Below, piece after piece: positions 22,201 to 33,371 of a stretch of DNA of 64,000 bases (position 1 is its first letter; each line of letters starts with the position of its first letter). The translations under genes and the position numbers were made by a program. The stretch is from Oligoflexia bacterium. GTDB taxonomy: Bacteria; Bdellovibrionota; UBA1018. The notes below the pieces were generated by a model. It was not told the origin of the DNA and made no database searches. It saw nothing but the letters and a program-made list of their open reading frames with translations. The stretch lies in the NCBI GenBank assembly GCA_963758495.1, contig CAVWVI010000003.1:1248001-1312000 (forward strand), given 5' to 3'.

Positions 22201-25200
22201 CTAAACGTTCCCGCTACTGTCAATTCTTACTCTCTGACTTGGCCAAGTACTCAGGCTGCATCCGGACAAGTTCTCACTTCAGATGCGAGTGGAAATCTCA
22301 GTTGGGCTAATTTAAGTACCGGAACTGGATCAGTCACTTCTGTCGCTCTCTCTGCTCCTTCGTTCTTATCCGTCAGTGGCTCTCCGATTACTTCCGTAGG
22401 CACACTCGCCCTGGGGCTCAATACTCAAACTCAAAACACGATCTTTGCCGCTCCCAATGGAAGCTCAGGAACCCCTGTTTTCAGGGCTCTTGCAGGAGCA
22501 GACTTACCTCTTCCTTCATCCAGCTCTTTGGGAGGCGTTCAATCTCTCACTCCTACAAGCAGTCAATGGATTAATTCTATTTCGACTAGCGGTATTCCTA
22601 CGGCTTCTCAACCTGCTTTCACCGACCTCACTGGCACTGCCACTGTAGCTCAAGGGGGTACAGGCGCTACTTCTCTCACCTCAAACGGTATCCTCTTAGG
22701 AGGCGGAACAGGTGCTATCACGGCTACTGCAACAGGAACTTCTGGACAAGTCCTCACCAGCAACGGCACCAGTGCTCCTACCTTCCAAACTCTTGCTTCT
22801 TCTGTCACCAGCGTAGGAGCTTCTGCTCCTCTCGCTTCTTCCGGTGGAACCACTCCTACTATTTCTCTCACTGGAACGATTCCTGTCGCTAATGGCGGTA
22901 CGGGTTCTGGCACCGCTCTCACCCCAGGGGGCGTTCTCTACGGTAACTCTTCTACTGCTACCGGTACTACCTCCGCTGGCACCTCTGGAAACGTCTTAGT
23001 CAGCAACGGGGCTTCCGCTCCTTCTTGGACTGCTACTCCTTCTTTCACTTCGGTTTCTTCTTCGACTTCAGTTTCTTCTTCGACTCAAAATTTAAATGGA
23101 GCGACTTCCGGCACTCTCAGCATGACTGTTCCTGCTACCGTCACTTCTTACTCTCTGACTTGGCCAAGTGCTGTCGCTTCCTCCGCTGGACAAGCCCTCA
23201 CCTCGGATGGCAGTGGTAATCTCAGTTGGACTTCTTTACAGGCTTCGGGAAATTACGTCACGACCGTGGGATCTTTTGACGGACAAACTGCAAACTCAAA
23301 TGGCTTAACGATCTCAGGTACAAGCATTTATGCACAAAGCGCTTCTTCTACTAACCCAGGATTAGTGAACACTACGACACAAACTTTTGCAGGTGCTAAA
23401 ACCTTTAGCTCAACCATTACTGGAACGACTTCTGGAAATACCACTTACACAGCAAACCAATACGGGGTGGTTCTCAGCGGTTCTGGAAATGCGATGAATG
23501 TATTGACTCCTAACTCCTCCACCTCACTTCCTCTCATCAGCGGAGGTTCCTCGGCTAATCCTTCTTGGGGAGTCTTAAGCGTGGCTGGCGGTGGTACAGG
23601 CGCTACTTCTCTCACCTCAAACGGTATCCTCTTAGGAGGCGGAACAGGCTCTATCACGGCTACTGCAACAGGAACTTCTGGACAAGTCCTCACCAGCAAC
23701 GGCACCAGTGCTCCTACCTTCCAAGCTCTTCCTTCTTCTGTGAGCAGCGTTGGAGCTTCTGCTCCTCTCGCTTCTTCCGGTGGAACCACTCCTACTATTT
23801 CTCTGACTGGAACGATTCCTGTCGCTAATGGCGGTACGGGTTCTGCCACAGCTCTCACCCCAGGAGGTATTCTCTACGGCAGTTCTGCTACTGCTTCTGG
23901 TACTTCTGCTGCCGGTTCTGCTGGAAACGTCTTGATCAGCAACGGGGCTTCTGCTCCTTCTTGGACTGCTACCCCTTCTTTCACTTCGATTTCTGCTCCT
24001 TCTCATTTACTCACAGGAAGCACTTCTGGAACTCTCACCCTGACTGTCCCTGCTACCGTCACTTCTTATTCTCTTAAATGGCCCAGTGCTGTCGCTTCCG
24101 CTGGACAAGCTCTCACCTCGGATGCCAGTGGGAATCTCAGTTGGACTTCTTTACAGACTTCGGGAAATTACGTCACAACCGTGGGATCTTTTGACGGACA
24201 AACTGCAAACTCAAATGGCTTAACGATCTCAGGTACAAGCATTTATGCACAAAGCGCTTCTTCTACTAACCCAGGATTAGTGAACACTACGACACAAACT
24301 TTTGCAGGTGCTAAAACCTTTAGCTCAACCATTACTGGAACGACTTCTGGAAACACCACTTACACAGCAAACCAATACGGGGTGGTTCTCAGCGGTTCTG
24401 GAAATGCGATGAATGTATTGGCTCCTAACTCCTCCACCTCACTTCCTCTCATCAGCGGAGGCTCTTCGGCTAATCCTTCTTGGGGAGTCTTAAGCGTGGC
24501 TGGCGGTGGTACAGGCGCTACTTCTCTCACCTCAAACGGCATCCTCTTAGGAGGCGGAACAGGTGCTATCACGGCTACTGCAACAGGAACTTCTGGACAA
24601 GTCCTCACCAGCAACGGCACCAGTGCTCCTACCTTCCAAGCTCTTCCTTCTTCTGTGAGCAGCGTTGGAGCTTCTGCTCCTCTCGCTTCTTCCGGTGGAA
24701 CCACTCCTACTATTTCTCTCACTGGAACGATTCCTGTCGCTAATGGCGGTACGGGTTCTGCCACAGCTCTCACCCCAGGGGGCGTTCTCTACGGCAGCTC
24801 TGCTACTGCTTCTGGTACTTCTGCTGCCGGTTCTGCTGGAAACGTCTTGATCAGCAACGGCGCTTCTGCTCCTTATTGGAGTAGTTCTCTTACTCTCAAT
24901 GCCGCTGCTTCACCTAGTTATTATATTACTAGCGGATCCGGCGGCTATACCAACATGATCGTTCCTAATTCGATGACTAATCACTTTAATCTTACATGGC
25001 CAGGTGCTCTAGCTTCTTCTTCTGGACAGGTTCTTTCTTCTGATACCAGTGGGAATCTCAGTTGGACCACTCCTACTTCTTCTGTGACGAGCGTAAGCGC
25101 TTCTGCTCCTCTCGCTTCTTCCGGTGGACTCACTCCTACTCTTTCTCTGACTGGAACTATTCCTGTCGCTAATGGCGGTACGGGTTCTACCACCGCTCTC

Positions 25201-28200
25201 ACCCCAGGGGGCGTTCTCTACGGCAGCTCTGCTACTGCTTCTGGTACTTCTGCTGCCGGTTCTGCTGGAAACGTCTTGATCAGCAACGGCGCTTCTGCTC
25301 CTTCTTGGACGGCTACCCCTTCTTTCACTTCGATTTCTGCTCCTTCTCATTTACTCACAGGAAGCACTTCTGGAACTCTCACCCTGACTGTCCCTGCTAC
25401 CGTCACTTCTTATTCTCTTAAATGGCCCAGTACTGTCGCTTCCGCTGGGCAAGCTCTCACCTCGGATGCCAGTGGGAATCTCAGTTGGACTTCTTTACAG
25501 GCTTCGGGAAATTACGTCACAACCGTGGGATCTTTTGACGGACAAACTGCAAACTCAAATGGCTTAACGATCTCAGGTACAAGCATTTATGCACAAAGTG
25601 CTTCTTCTACTAACCCAGGATTAGTGAACACTACGACACAAACTTTTGCAGGTGCTAAAACCTTTAGCTCAACCATTACTGGAACGACTTCTGGAAATAC
25701 CACTTACACAGCAAACCAATACGGGGTGGTTCTCAGCGGTTCTGGAAATGCGATGAATGTATTGGCTCCTAACTCCTCCACCTCACTTCCTCTCATCAGC
25801 GGAGGTTCCTCAGCTAATCCTTCTTGGGGAGTCTTAAGCGTTGCGGGGGGCGGTACAGGTGCAACGAGTGCAAGCATTGCTTTCAATAACCTCTCTCCTA
25901 TGACTACTTTAGGTGATACGATCTATGGAGGCACTTCCGGCGCTGGCACTCGACTGGCGGGAAATACCTCATCGACTAAACAGTTTTTAACTTCGACTGG
26001 AACTGGCTCAGTCTCTGCTGCACCTATCTGGGGTACTCTCAGTGCAAGTGATATCCCTAACATCTCTGCTTCTCTCATTACCTCAGGTACACTCGCTGTG
26101 GCTCAAGGCGGTACGGGTTCTGGCACAGCTCTCACCCCAGGGGGCGTTCTCTACGGTAGCTCTGCTACTGCTTCCGGTACCACTGCTGCCGGTTCTGCTG
26201 GAAACGTCTTGATCAGCAACGGCGCTTCTGCTCCTTCTTGGACTGCTACTCCTTCTTTCACTTCGATTTCTGCTCCTTCTCATTTACTCACAGGAAGCAC
26301 TTCCGGAACTCTCACCATGGCCGTTCCTGCTACTGTCACTTCTTATTCTCTTAAATGGCCCAGTACTGTCGCTTCCGCTGGGCAAGCTCTCACCTCGGAT
26401 GCCAGTGGGAATCTCAGTTGGACTTCTTTACAGACTTCGGGAAATTACGTCACAACCGTGGGATCTTTTGACGGACAAACTGCAAACTCAAATGGCTTAA
26501 CGATCTCAGGTACAAGCATTTATGCACAAAGTGCTTCTTCTACTAACCCAGGATTAGTGAACACTACGACACAAACTTTTGCAGGTGCTAAAACCTTTAG
26601 CTCAACCATTACTGGAACGACTTCTGGAAATACCACTTACACAGCAAACCAATACGGGGTGGTTCTCAGCGGTTCTGGAAATGCGATGAATGTATTGGCT
26701 CCTAACTCCTCCACCTCACTTCCTCTCATCAGCGGAGGTTCCTCGGCTAATCCTTCTTGGGGAGTCTTAAGCGTGGCTGGCGGTGGTACAGGTGCAACGA
26801 GTGCAAGCATTGCTTTCAATAACCTCTCTCCTATGACTACTTTAGGTGATACGATCTATGGAGGCACTTCCGGCGCTGGCACTCGACTGGCGGGAAATAC
26901 CTCATCGACTAAACAGTTTTTAACTTCGACTGGAACTGGCTCAGTCTCTGCTGCACCTATCTGGGGTACTCTCAGTGCAAGTGACATCCCTAACATCTCT
27001 GCTTCTCTTATCACCTCAGGTACACTCGCTGTGGCTCAAGGCGGTACGGGTTCTGGCACAGCTCTCACCCCAGGGGGCGTTCTCTACGGTAGCTCTGCTA
27101 CTGCTTCCGGTACCACTGCTGCCGGTTCTGCTGGAAACGTCTTGATCAGCAACGGCGCTTCTGCTCCTTCTTGGACTGCTACTCCTTCTTTCACTTCGAT
27201 TTCTGCTCCTTCCCATTTACTCACAGGCAGCACTTCTGGAACTCTCACCCTGACTGTCCCTGCTACTGTCACTTCTTATTCTCTTAAATGGCCCAGTGCT
27301 GTCGCTTCCGCTGGGCAAGCTCTCACCTCGGATGCCAGTGGGAATCTCAGTTGGACTTCTTTACAGGCTTCGGGAAATTACGTCACAACCGTGGGATCTT
27401 TTGACGGACAAACTGCAAACTCAAATGGCTTAACGATCTCAGGTACAAGCATTTATGCACAAAGCGCTTCTTCTACTAACCCAGGATTAGTGAACACTAC
27501 GACACAAACTTTTGCAGGCGCTAAAACCTTTAGTTCTCTCATGACAGGCTCAAACGGCCTTAATGTGACCAGTGGCAACGTCGGCATCGGAACGACAAGC
27601 CCTGGAGGGGAACTGGAACTTTTTAACTCCACACAACTTTCCTCTCGACTCAATCTGACAGGCCAGGAATTTTATAATGCAGGCAATAGCTCAACAAGCG
27701 GTGTTGCTTTCCTACTCGGAGTCAATCGTACTAACAATAGACAACTTTGGATTGGTGATAGCGCTACTATGACGCAGAACTCTACCAATGCCGTATTCCG
27801 TCTTCAAACCAATTCGGGAGGTGGCATAGTAACAATAGATTCCGTAGGAACAGACGGAATCACGGCTAAGCCATTGTCTATTGGAAATACGGGCGCCAAT
27901 GTGACTCTGCTAGGCAACGTCGGAATTGGGACGACGAGTCCGAACACTCAGTTTGAAGTTGCATCATCCTCTGGTCCGACCCTCACATTAAACAATACCG
28001 GCGATGGGAGTGCTACGATCCAGTTTCGTACCCTCGGTGGATATACCCCCTCCGCTCAGATCCAAGCAGCTGATGACGGTAATTTTGCTGGCAACATGAT
28101 GTTCTCGACTAAAACCACAGGTAATAGTGGTACTAACCCACTGGCAGAAAGAATGAGGATCACATCCACTGGCAACGTCGGCATTGGAACGACGAGTCCT

Positions 28201-30043
28201 GCTAACCCTCTGAGTATTCTTGGTACTGCCAGTTGGGGAGTACTAGAAGTGATGGGTAATGGAACTAACACTGAAAGCTCTATAGGTTTTCGCTCTTCAA
28301 ATATCTCTGCAGGCGGCGCAGGACAGTGGTTAATGGGAACCAATATCGGTGCTTCAACAGCGAATAACTTCTCTTTTTATCTCAATACCAATATACATCA
28401 TGACAATGACACAAGCAGGCAACGTCGGCATCGGCACAACAAGTCCTGCATACAACCTTGACGTCAGTGGAACGGGTCGCTTTACAACCAGTCTCACGGC
28501 TCCTTCTCATTTACTCACAGGAAGCACTTCGGGAACTCTCACCATGGCCGTTCCTGCTACCGTCACTTCTTATTCTCTTAAATGGCCAAGTGCTGTCGCT
28601 TCCTCCGCTGGACAAGCCCTCACGTCGGATGGCAGTGGGAATCTCAGTTGGACCACTCTGAGTAGTGGATCTGTCACCAGCGTAGGGGCTTCTGCTCCTC
28701 TCGCTTCTTCCGGTGGAACCACTCCTACTATTTCTCTCACTGGAACAATTCCTGTCGCTAATGGCGGTACGGGTTCTGCCTCCGCTCTCACCCCAGGGGG
28801 CATTCTCTACGGCAGCTCTGCTACTGCTTCCGGTACTTCTGCTGCGGGAACTACTGGGCAGCTCCTCACCAGCAACGGGGCTTCTGCTCCTTATTGGAGT
28901 AGTTCTCTTACTCTCAATGCCGCTGCTTCACCTAGTTATTATATTACTAGCGGATCCGGCGGCTATACCAACATGATCGTTCCTAATTCGATGACTAATC
29001 ACTTTAATCTTACATGGCCAGGTGCTCTAGCTTCTTCTTCTGGACAGGTTCTTTCTTCTGATACCAGTGGGAATCTCAGTTGGACCACTCCTACTTCTTC
29101 TGTGACGAGCGTAAGCGCTTCTGCTCCTCTCGCTTCTTCCGGTGGACTCACTCCTACTCTTTCTCTGACTGGAACTATTCCTGTCGCTAATGGCGGTACG
29201 GGTTCTACCACCGCTCTCACCCCAGGGGGCATTCTCTACGGCAGCTCTGCTACTGCTTCCGGTACTACCTCCGCTGGCGCCGCTGGAGGCCTCTTAGTCA
29301 GCAACGGGGCTTCTGCTCCTTCTTGGACGGGTACTGGTGCTCCTGGATACACATTGATCTACAACGCACCTAATGCTCCCTTTTGGTCATACTTGAGCGT
29401 AGCGGGGGGTGGAACAGGAGCTGTTTCTTTCACCCAAAACGGAATCCTCTTAGGAGGCGGAACAGGTCCTATCACGGCTACTGCTACTGGAACTTCTGGA
29501 CAAGTCCTCACCAGCAACGGGGCCTCTGCTCCTTCTTGGACGACTACCCTGAATGTGACCAGTGGCAACGTCGGTATCGGAACAACAAGTCCTAGTTATA
29601 CCCTCCAAGTGAATGGTTCTGTGGCAGGAACGTCAGCCTATAACAATACATCAGATATCCGCTTAAAAAAGGACATTGCCCACATTCCAGATGCGCTTAA
29701 CAAAATTAAAGATCTTCGAGGAGTTACTTTTAATTGGCGTAAGAATGAGCACCCAGAAATGAACCTTAGCGATCGGCAGGAACTAGGAGTCATTGCTCAA
29801 GAAGTTGAAAAGATCTTCCCTCAAGCAGTATCGGAGAACAAGAATACTGGATTCAAATCTGTTGCATACTCCATGCTGATTGCCCCTATCATAGAGGCCA
29901 TGAAAGAGGTCCGCACTTGGCTTATAATGCATGATCAATCCATTGCCTCGGTCAAGGCCGAGAATGCCACACTAAAGCAAGAGAACGCCCAGATCAAAGC
30001 CTACCTCTGCGCCAAAGACCCGCAGGCTCCTTTCTGTAAGTAA
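19273..30043 (+). CDS. Giant fibre-like adhesin 2 (~3,590 aa) with C-terminal peptidase S74 intramolecular chaperone; frameshifted near 28390
   Basis: ORFs 19228..28461 and 28349..30043 join across a +1 indel. N-terminal domain paralogous to fibre 1; SDIRLKKDI...LRGVTFNW...GVIAQEVEKIFP...VAYSMLIAPIIEAMKE plus coiled coil is the S74 pattern. Confidence 0.85.
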
Positions 30044-30132
30044 ACTTAACACTAGAGGTCTCTTTTGACTTGAGCGACCGAGTGAGCTGAAAGCGTGAAG
30101 TGGAGTGCGGAGATGAGACACTAAATTTCGAA

Positions 30133-30459
30133 TTATTCCACACCTACTGCGATTTTGAGGCACTTTTCTAGCTGTGCTATTTTTCGCGAGTCTAGCGACC
30201 CAATTAAATGAGTGAGCTTAGATTTTTCAATACTCAGCAATTCATCACAAAATACAGAAGAATTTTTTTTCAACCCCTCTGAAACTCCTACTTCAAACTG
30301 AGTAGATAGACCATCCGAACGAGAATATACTGGCGCACAGATTACCGTCGAAAAACTTGAATCAATGGATACTTGCCTGCTCACAACTACGAAGACACGA
30401 AAATCTTTAGGGTCATTTTTATTTCCACGATAAATCCGATAAAGTTCGCCTCGCTTCAT
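30133..30459 (-). CDS. mazF: MazF/PemK family toxin
   Basis: MKRGELY...RVFVVVSR...TVICAPVYS...[13 protein letters not shown] pattern. Confidence 0.85.
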   Translation of the reverse strand: MKRGELYRIYRGNKNDPKDFRVFVVVSRQVSIDSSFSTVICAPVYSRSDGLSTQFEVGVSEGLKKNSSVFCDELLSIEKSKLTHLIGSLDSRKIAQLEKCLKIAVGVE

Positions 30460-30471
30460 TCTTTATGCCCT

Positions 30472-30699
30472 CTAGATGGAAGATTGAAACTCCAACGCAT
30501 CCAAGGCTTCTTCATTGAGTGCTTTGCTGTGTTGATTCAAAATAGCTAAATCAGAATTATCCCGTTCGATGGCCTTACGATTCCTAAAATAAAGAACAAG
30601 TGCCTCTTCAACAACCTCTGAGCGAGTCGGCTTTTGGGGAAGTTGATCAATCATTTTAAGTAACTGTTCTGAAACGGAAATAGAAGCTTTTTTCTTCAT
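30472..30699 (-). CDS. Ribbon-helix-helix antitoxin (MazE-like)
   Basis: KASISVSEQLLKMID...TRSEVVEEAL; directly upstream of the toxin. Confidence 0.8.
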   Translation of the reverse strand: MKKKASISVSEQLLKMIDQLPQKPTRSEVVEEALVLYFRNRKAIERDNSDLAILNQHSKALNEEALDALEFQSSI

Positions 30700-30718
30700 A
30701 CTACTATAGTAGTATGAA
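30695..30718. promoter_or_regulatory. 24-bp perfect palindrome overlapping the antitoxin start (probable TA operator)
   Basis: TTCATACTACTATAGTAGTATGAA. Confidence 0.7.
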
Positions 30719-31487
30719 AGTAGGACAAAAGCAAGTCCTTGAGAGGAATCGGGCCTTGAAAGATCATTTTACCCGATCTCAAAAAAATTCCTGTATCCGC
30801 CCACTCTGAAACCAGATTCACATCCCGAGCCACTAAAAGCACCGACCAACCTTCCGTCGTTAGACCCTTTAACATTTTCCCTATCGCGACTTGATGATGG
30901 AGATCCATCGCAGAAAGCGCTTCATCTAAGAAAAGAATTTTTGAGCCTTGGGCGAGAGCACGTGCTAAAGCCACAAGCTGCCTCTCTCCTCTATTTAAAC
31001 TATTTAAATTTCTATCTTTCAAATTCCAACATAAACACTTTTCCATAGCCCAACGAACCGCAGCACGATCCGCATCGGAATCACATCCATGGCCACGACC
31101 CTGGCAAGTTCGGCCTAAAAATACGACTTCTTCCGCAGTCAAAGGGAATTCTGCTTTTAAGTCGGGTGCAACATACGCAATCGTTTGCGCACGCCGATAG
31201 TGCGGTAGGGTTAAAAACTCATGTCCTAAATACCGAACTAGCCCTGAACATCGAGGCCGCACAATCGGAAGGATACCCGAGACGACTTTCATCAAAGTTG
31301 ATTTTCCAGAACCGCTGGGCCCCAGAAGTGCGACAAATTCACCACGAGAAAGCTCAAAGGATACGTCTTCAAGAACGTTCTTTCGCTCCATCTTGTGCGG
31401 TCTGTGATTCCAGTTGTAACAGATTCCGTAAGCTCCTAAAACGACCGACACACTCACTGAACCTCCACTCTTCTCAACATAACCCAT
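30696..31487 (-). CDS. Cobalamin/Fe-chelate ABC transporter ATPase (BtuD/FepC-like), degenerate motifs
   Basis: Walker A GPSGSGKST and Walker B ILFLDE present; signature reads LNRGERQ and H-loop reads VARDVN; start uncertain. Confidence 0.75.
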   Translation of the reverse strand: MGYVEKSGGSVSVSVVLGAYGICYNWNHRPHKMERKNVLEDVSFELSRGEFVALLGPSGSGKSTLMKVVSGILPIVRPRCSGLVRYLGHEFLTLPHYRRAQTIAYVAPDLKAEFPLTAEEVVFLGRTCQGRGHGCDSDADRAAVRWAMEKCLCWNLKDRNLNSLNRGERQLVALARALAQGSKILFLDEALSAMDLHHQVAIGKMLKGLTTEGWSVLLVARDVNLVSEWADTGIFLRSGKMIFQGPIPLKDLLLSYFHTTIVV

Positions 31488-32401
31488 AGAAATAAAGGTG
31501 CACCGACCAAAGCCGTCACAATTCCAACCGGAATCTCATAGGGCTGCAAAATCACTCTCGAAGCACAGTCTGCAACAATGAGTGCGATCGCGCCGCCCAT
31601 TGCACAAAGAGGAATAAGAGTGATATGTAATGAACCCACTAATCGTCTTGCAAAATGAGGTATGACTAAACCTACAAATCCAATCATTCCACCGGCGCTG
31701 ACACAAAGTCCGATCAAAAGAGAAGTCAGCACAATCACTCTTCTCCGCACATTTGCGACATCCACTCCCAACGCACAAGCCCCCTCTTCGCCCATGAGGA
31801 GCGCATCCAACTCTTTCCATTGCCCCCAGATTAAGGTCGTCAACCCCAGTACACCGCCCATCGTAAAAACCGCACCCTTCAAGCGAGCTCTAGATAAATC
31901 TCCAAAAAGCCATCCCACAGCGCCCTGTATTCCATTCGGATTCGAAAACGTAAGCCAGATCGCCACCAGACTTGACCCTAAGAAACCCAACATCATTCCT
32001 ACCAACAAAAGTGTGACATTTCCAATTCCTGGCCTCAATGAAATCAAGTAGAGAATGACGGCAAATAAAATCGCACCCACAAACGCTGTCCCCGCCACTC
32101 CTACAACCATCCACTGGAGACCGAGGGAAATACCCAGCACCGCACCTAAAGCCGATCCAGATGAAATCCCCAAAGTATAAGGCTCACACAGTGGATTTGA
32201 GAAAAGGGTCTGCAAAGAAGCGCCTGCAACCGAAAGCCCGACTCCTAAAGCTGACGCTAAAAGCGTTCTTGGAAATCTAATCTGAAAGATCAACTCCGAG
32301 TCCGCGTCATGAACTACCCCTAATCTAAGGGCTAAGAAAAAAGCCCCAACCCACAAGAAAACACCTCCAGCGTAAATTTTAAAAAGTTTATTTTTTCCCA
32401 T
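31454..32401 (-). CDS. FecCD/BtuC family ABC permease
   Basis: RFPR...LQTLFSNPLCEPYTLGISSG...IGFVGLVIPHFAR...EIPVGIVTALVGAP. Confidence 0.9.
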   Translation of the reverse strand: MGKNKLFKIYAGGVFLWVGAFFLALRLGVVHDADSELIFQIRFPRTLLASALGVGLSVAGASLQTLFSNPLCEPYTLGISSGSALGAVLGISLGLQWMVVGVAGTAFVGAILFAVILYLISLRPGIGNVTLLLVGMMLGFLGSSLVAIWLTFSNPNGIQGAVGWLFGDLSRARLKGAVFTMGGVLGLTTLIWGQWKELDALLMGEEGACALGVDVANVRRRVIVLTSLLIGLCVSAGGMIGFVGLVIPHFARRLVGSLHITLIPLCAMGGAIALIVADCASRVILQPYEIPVGIVTALVGAPLFLWVMLRRVEVQ

Positions 32402-33371
32402 AGATTGTTTGCTCCAAAAGGGACAACCCTTCCAAAATTCGTAATGAGGGACGCAGAAGCGCATCGCTTTTTAGCACATGAACTCGGTGATTTTTCACTG
32501 CCTTCAATTGAGGAAACTGGGACCAGTTTGCCGCCATCTCTTGAAACGGCCTTATATTATCCCCCAAGGCAATAAGAATAATCACATCTGGATTCCGGTG
32601 TAAAATATCTTCCAAAGAAGGCCGCGGGTAAGGAGCCTCTAAATCTTGATAAAGATTAGCAGCCCCAACCGTCAGGAGCGCCGAGTGTAGAAAAGATTTT
32701 TTACCTACTACAATCACGGGATCATCTTGAATTTGAAGCAGTACTTTCAGAGGAGCATGAGAGTTTGCTCTGGCACGGATTCGATCCAAACCTCTTGTGA
32801 GCTGAGAAACCATTTGATTTCCGACATCAGAAAAACCTAGAGCAAGAGAAACTAAATGAATTGAGTCTTGCACTTCCTGAAAGTCACTCGTGGCTACCGT
32901 AACGACCGAGATGCCCATCTCTCTCAAGTGACTCACCTGATCCTGAGGGTTTTCATCTAAGGTTGCAAGAACAAGGTCCGGCTTAAGTGAAATCACTTTC
33001 TCGAAATTAAAAGAATGAGAAGGCCCTAGATTGGGTACCTTTTTTAACCCAGGGGGATAATCGGTAGATTCACTGACACCTATAATTCTATTTAAATCAT
33101 TTCCCAACACATCTGCTGCAAGCTCAGCGAGGGAAGGCGTCAATGTCACCACTCTCTGAGGGTGATCCACCACCTGAATTTTACTTTTCGTAGCATCAAC
33201 GATTTCACGAGCCTGACTGATCGAACCAAAACAAAGAAAATTACAAAGACAAATACAAAGACAAATACAAAAATAGAAAAAGATCTCTATTCTCAATAAT
33301 TTTTTAATAGAAAGGCTTTTCTGTATTTTCCAATAATGCATCAATATTGACCTCATGTCGAATGAGCACAA
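32388..33371 (-). CDS. BtuF-like periplasmic substrate-binding protein
   Basis: PQRVVTLTPSLAE...EKVISLKPDLV...AVKNHRV...LLRPSLR; true start probably downstream of 33371. Confidence 0.85.
   Translation of the reverse strand: MCSFDMRSILMHYWKIQKSLSIKKLLRIEIFFYFCICLCICLCNFLCFGSISQAREIVDATKSKIQVVDHPQRVVTLTPSLAELAADVLGNDLNRIIGVSESTDYPPGLKKVPNLGPSHSFNFEKVISLKPDLVLATLDENPQDQVSHLREMGISVVTVATSDFQEVQDSIHLVSLALGFSDVGNQMVSQLTRGLDRIRARANSHAPLKVLLQIQDDPVIVVGKKSFLHSALLTVGAANLYQDLEAPYPRPSLEDILHRNPDVIILIALGDNIRPFQEMAANWSQFPQLKAVKNHRVHVLKSDALLRPSLRILEGLSLLEQTIYGKK

Noticed and set aside
7700..29500. Regularly recurring repeats as a possible CRISPR array
   Set aside because: The repeats are long, in-frame coding units without unique spacers of constant length, and no cas genes are present.
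2196..29595. Dozens of short antisense or alternative-frame ORFs over the adhesin and fibre genes
   Set aside because: Shadows of TCT/ACT/GCT/GGA-rich repetitive coding sequence; they recur with the repeat period and have no independent features.
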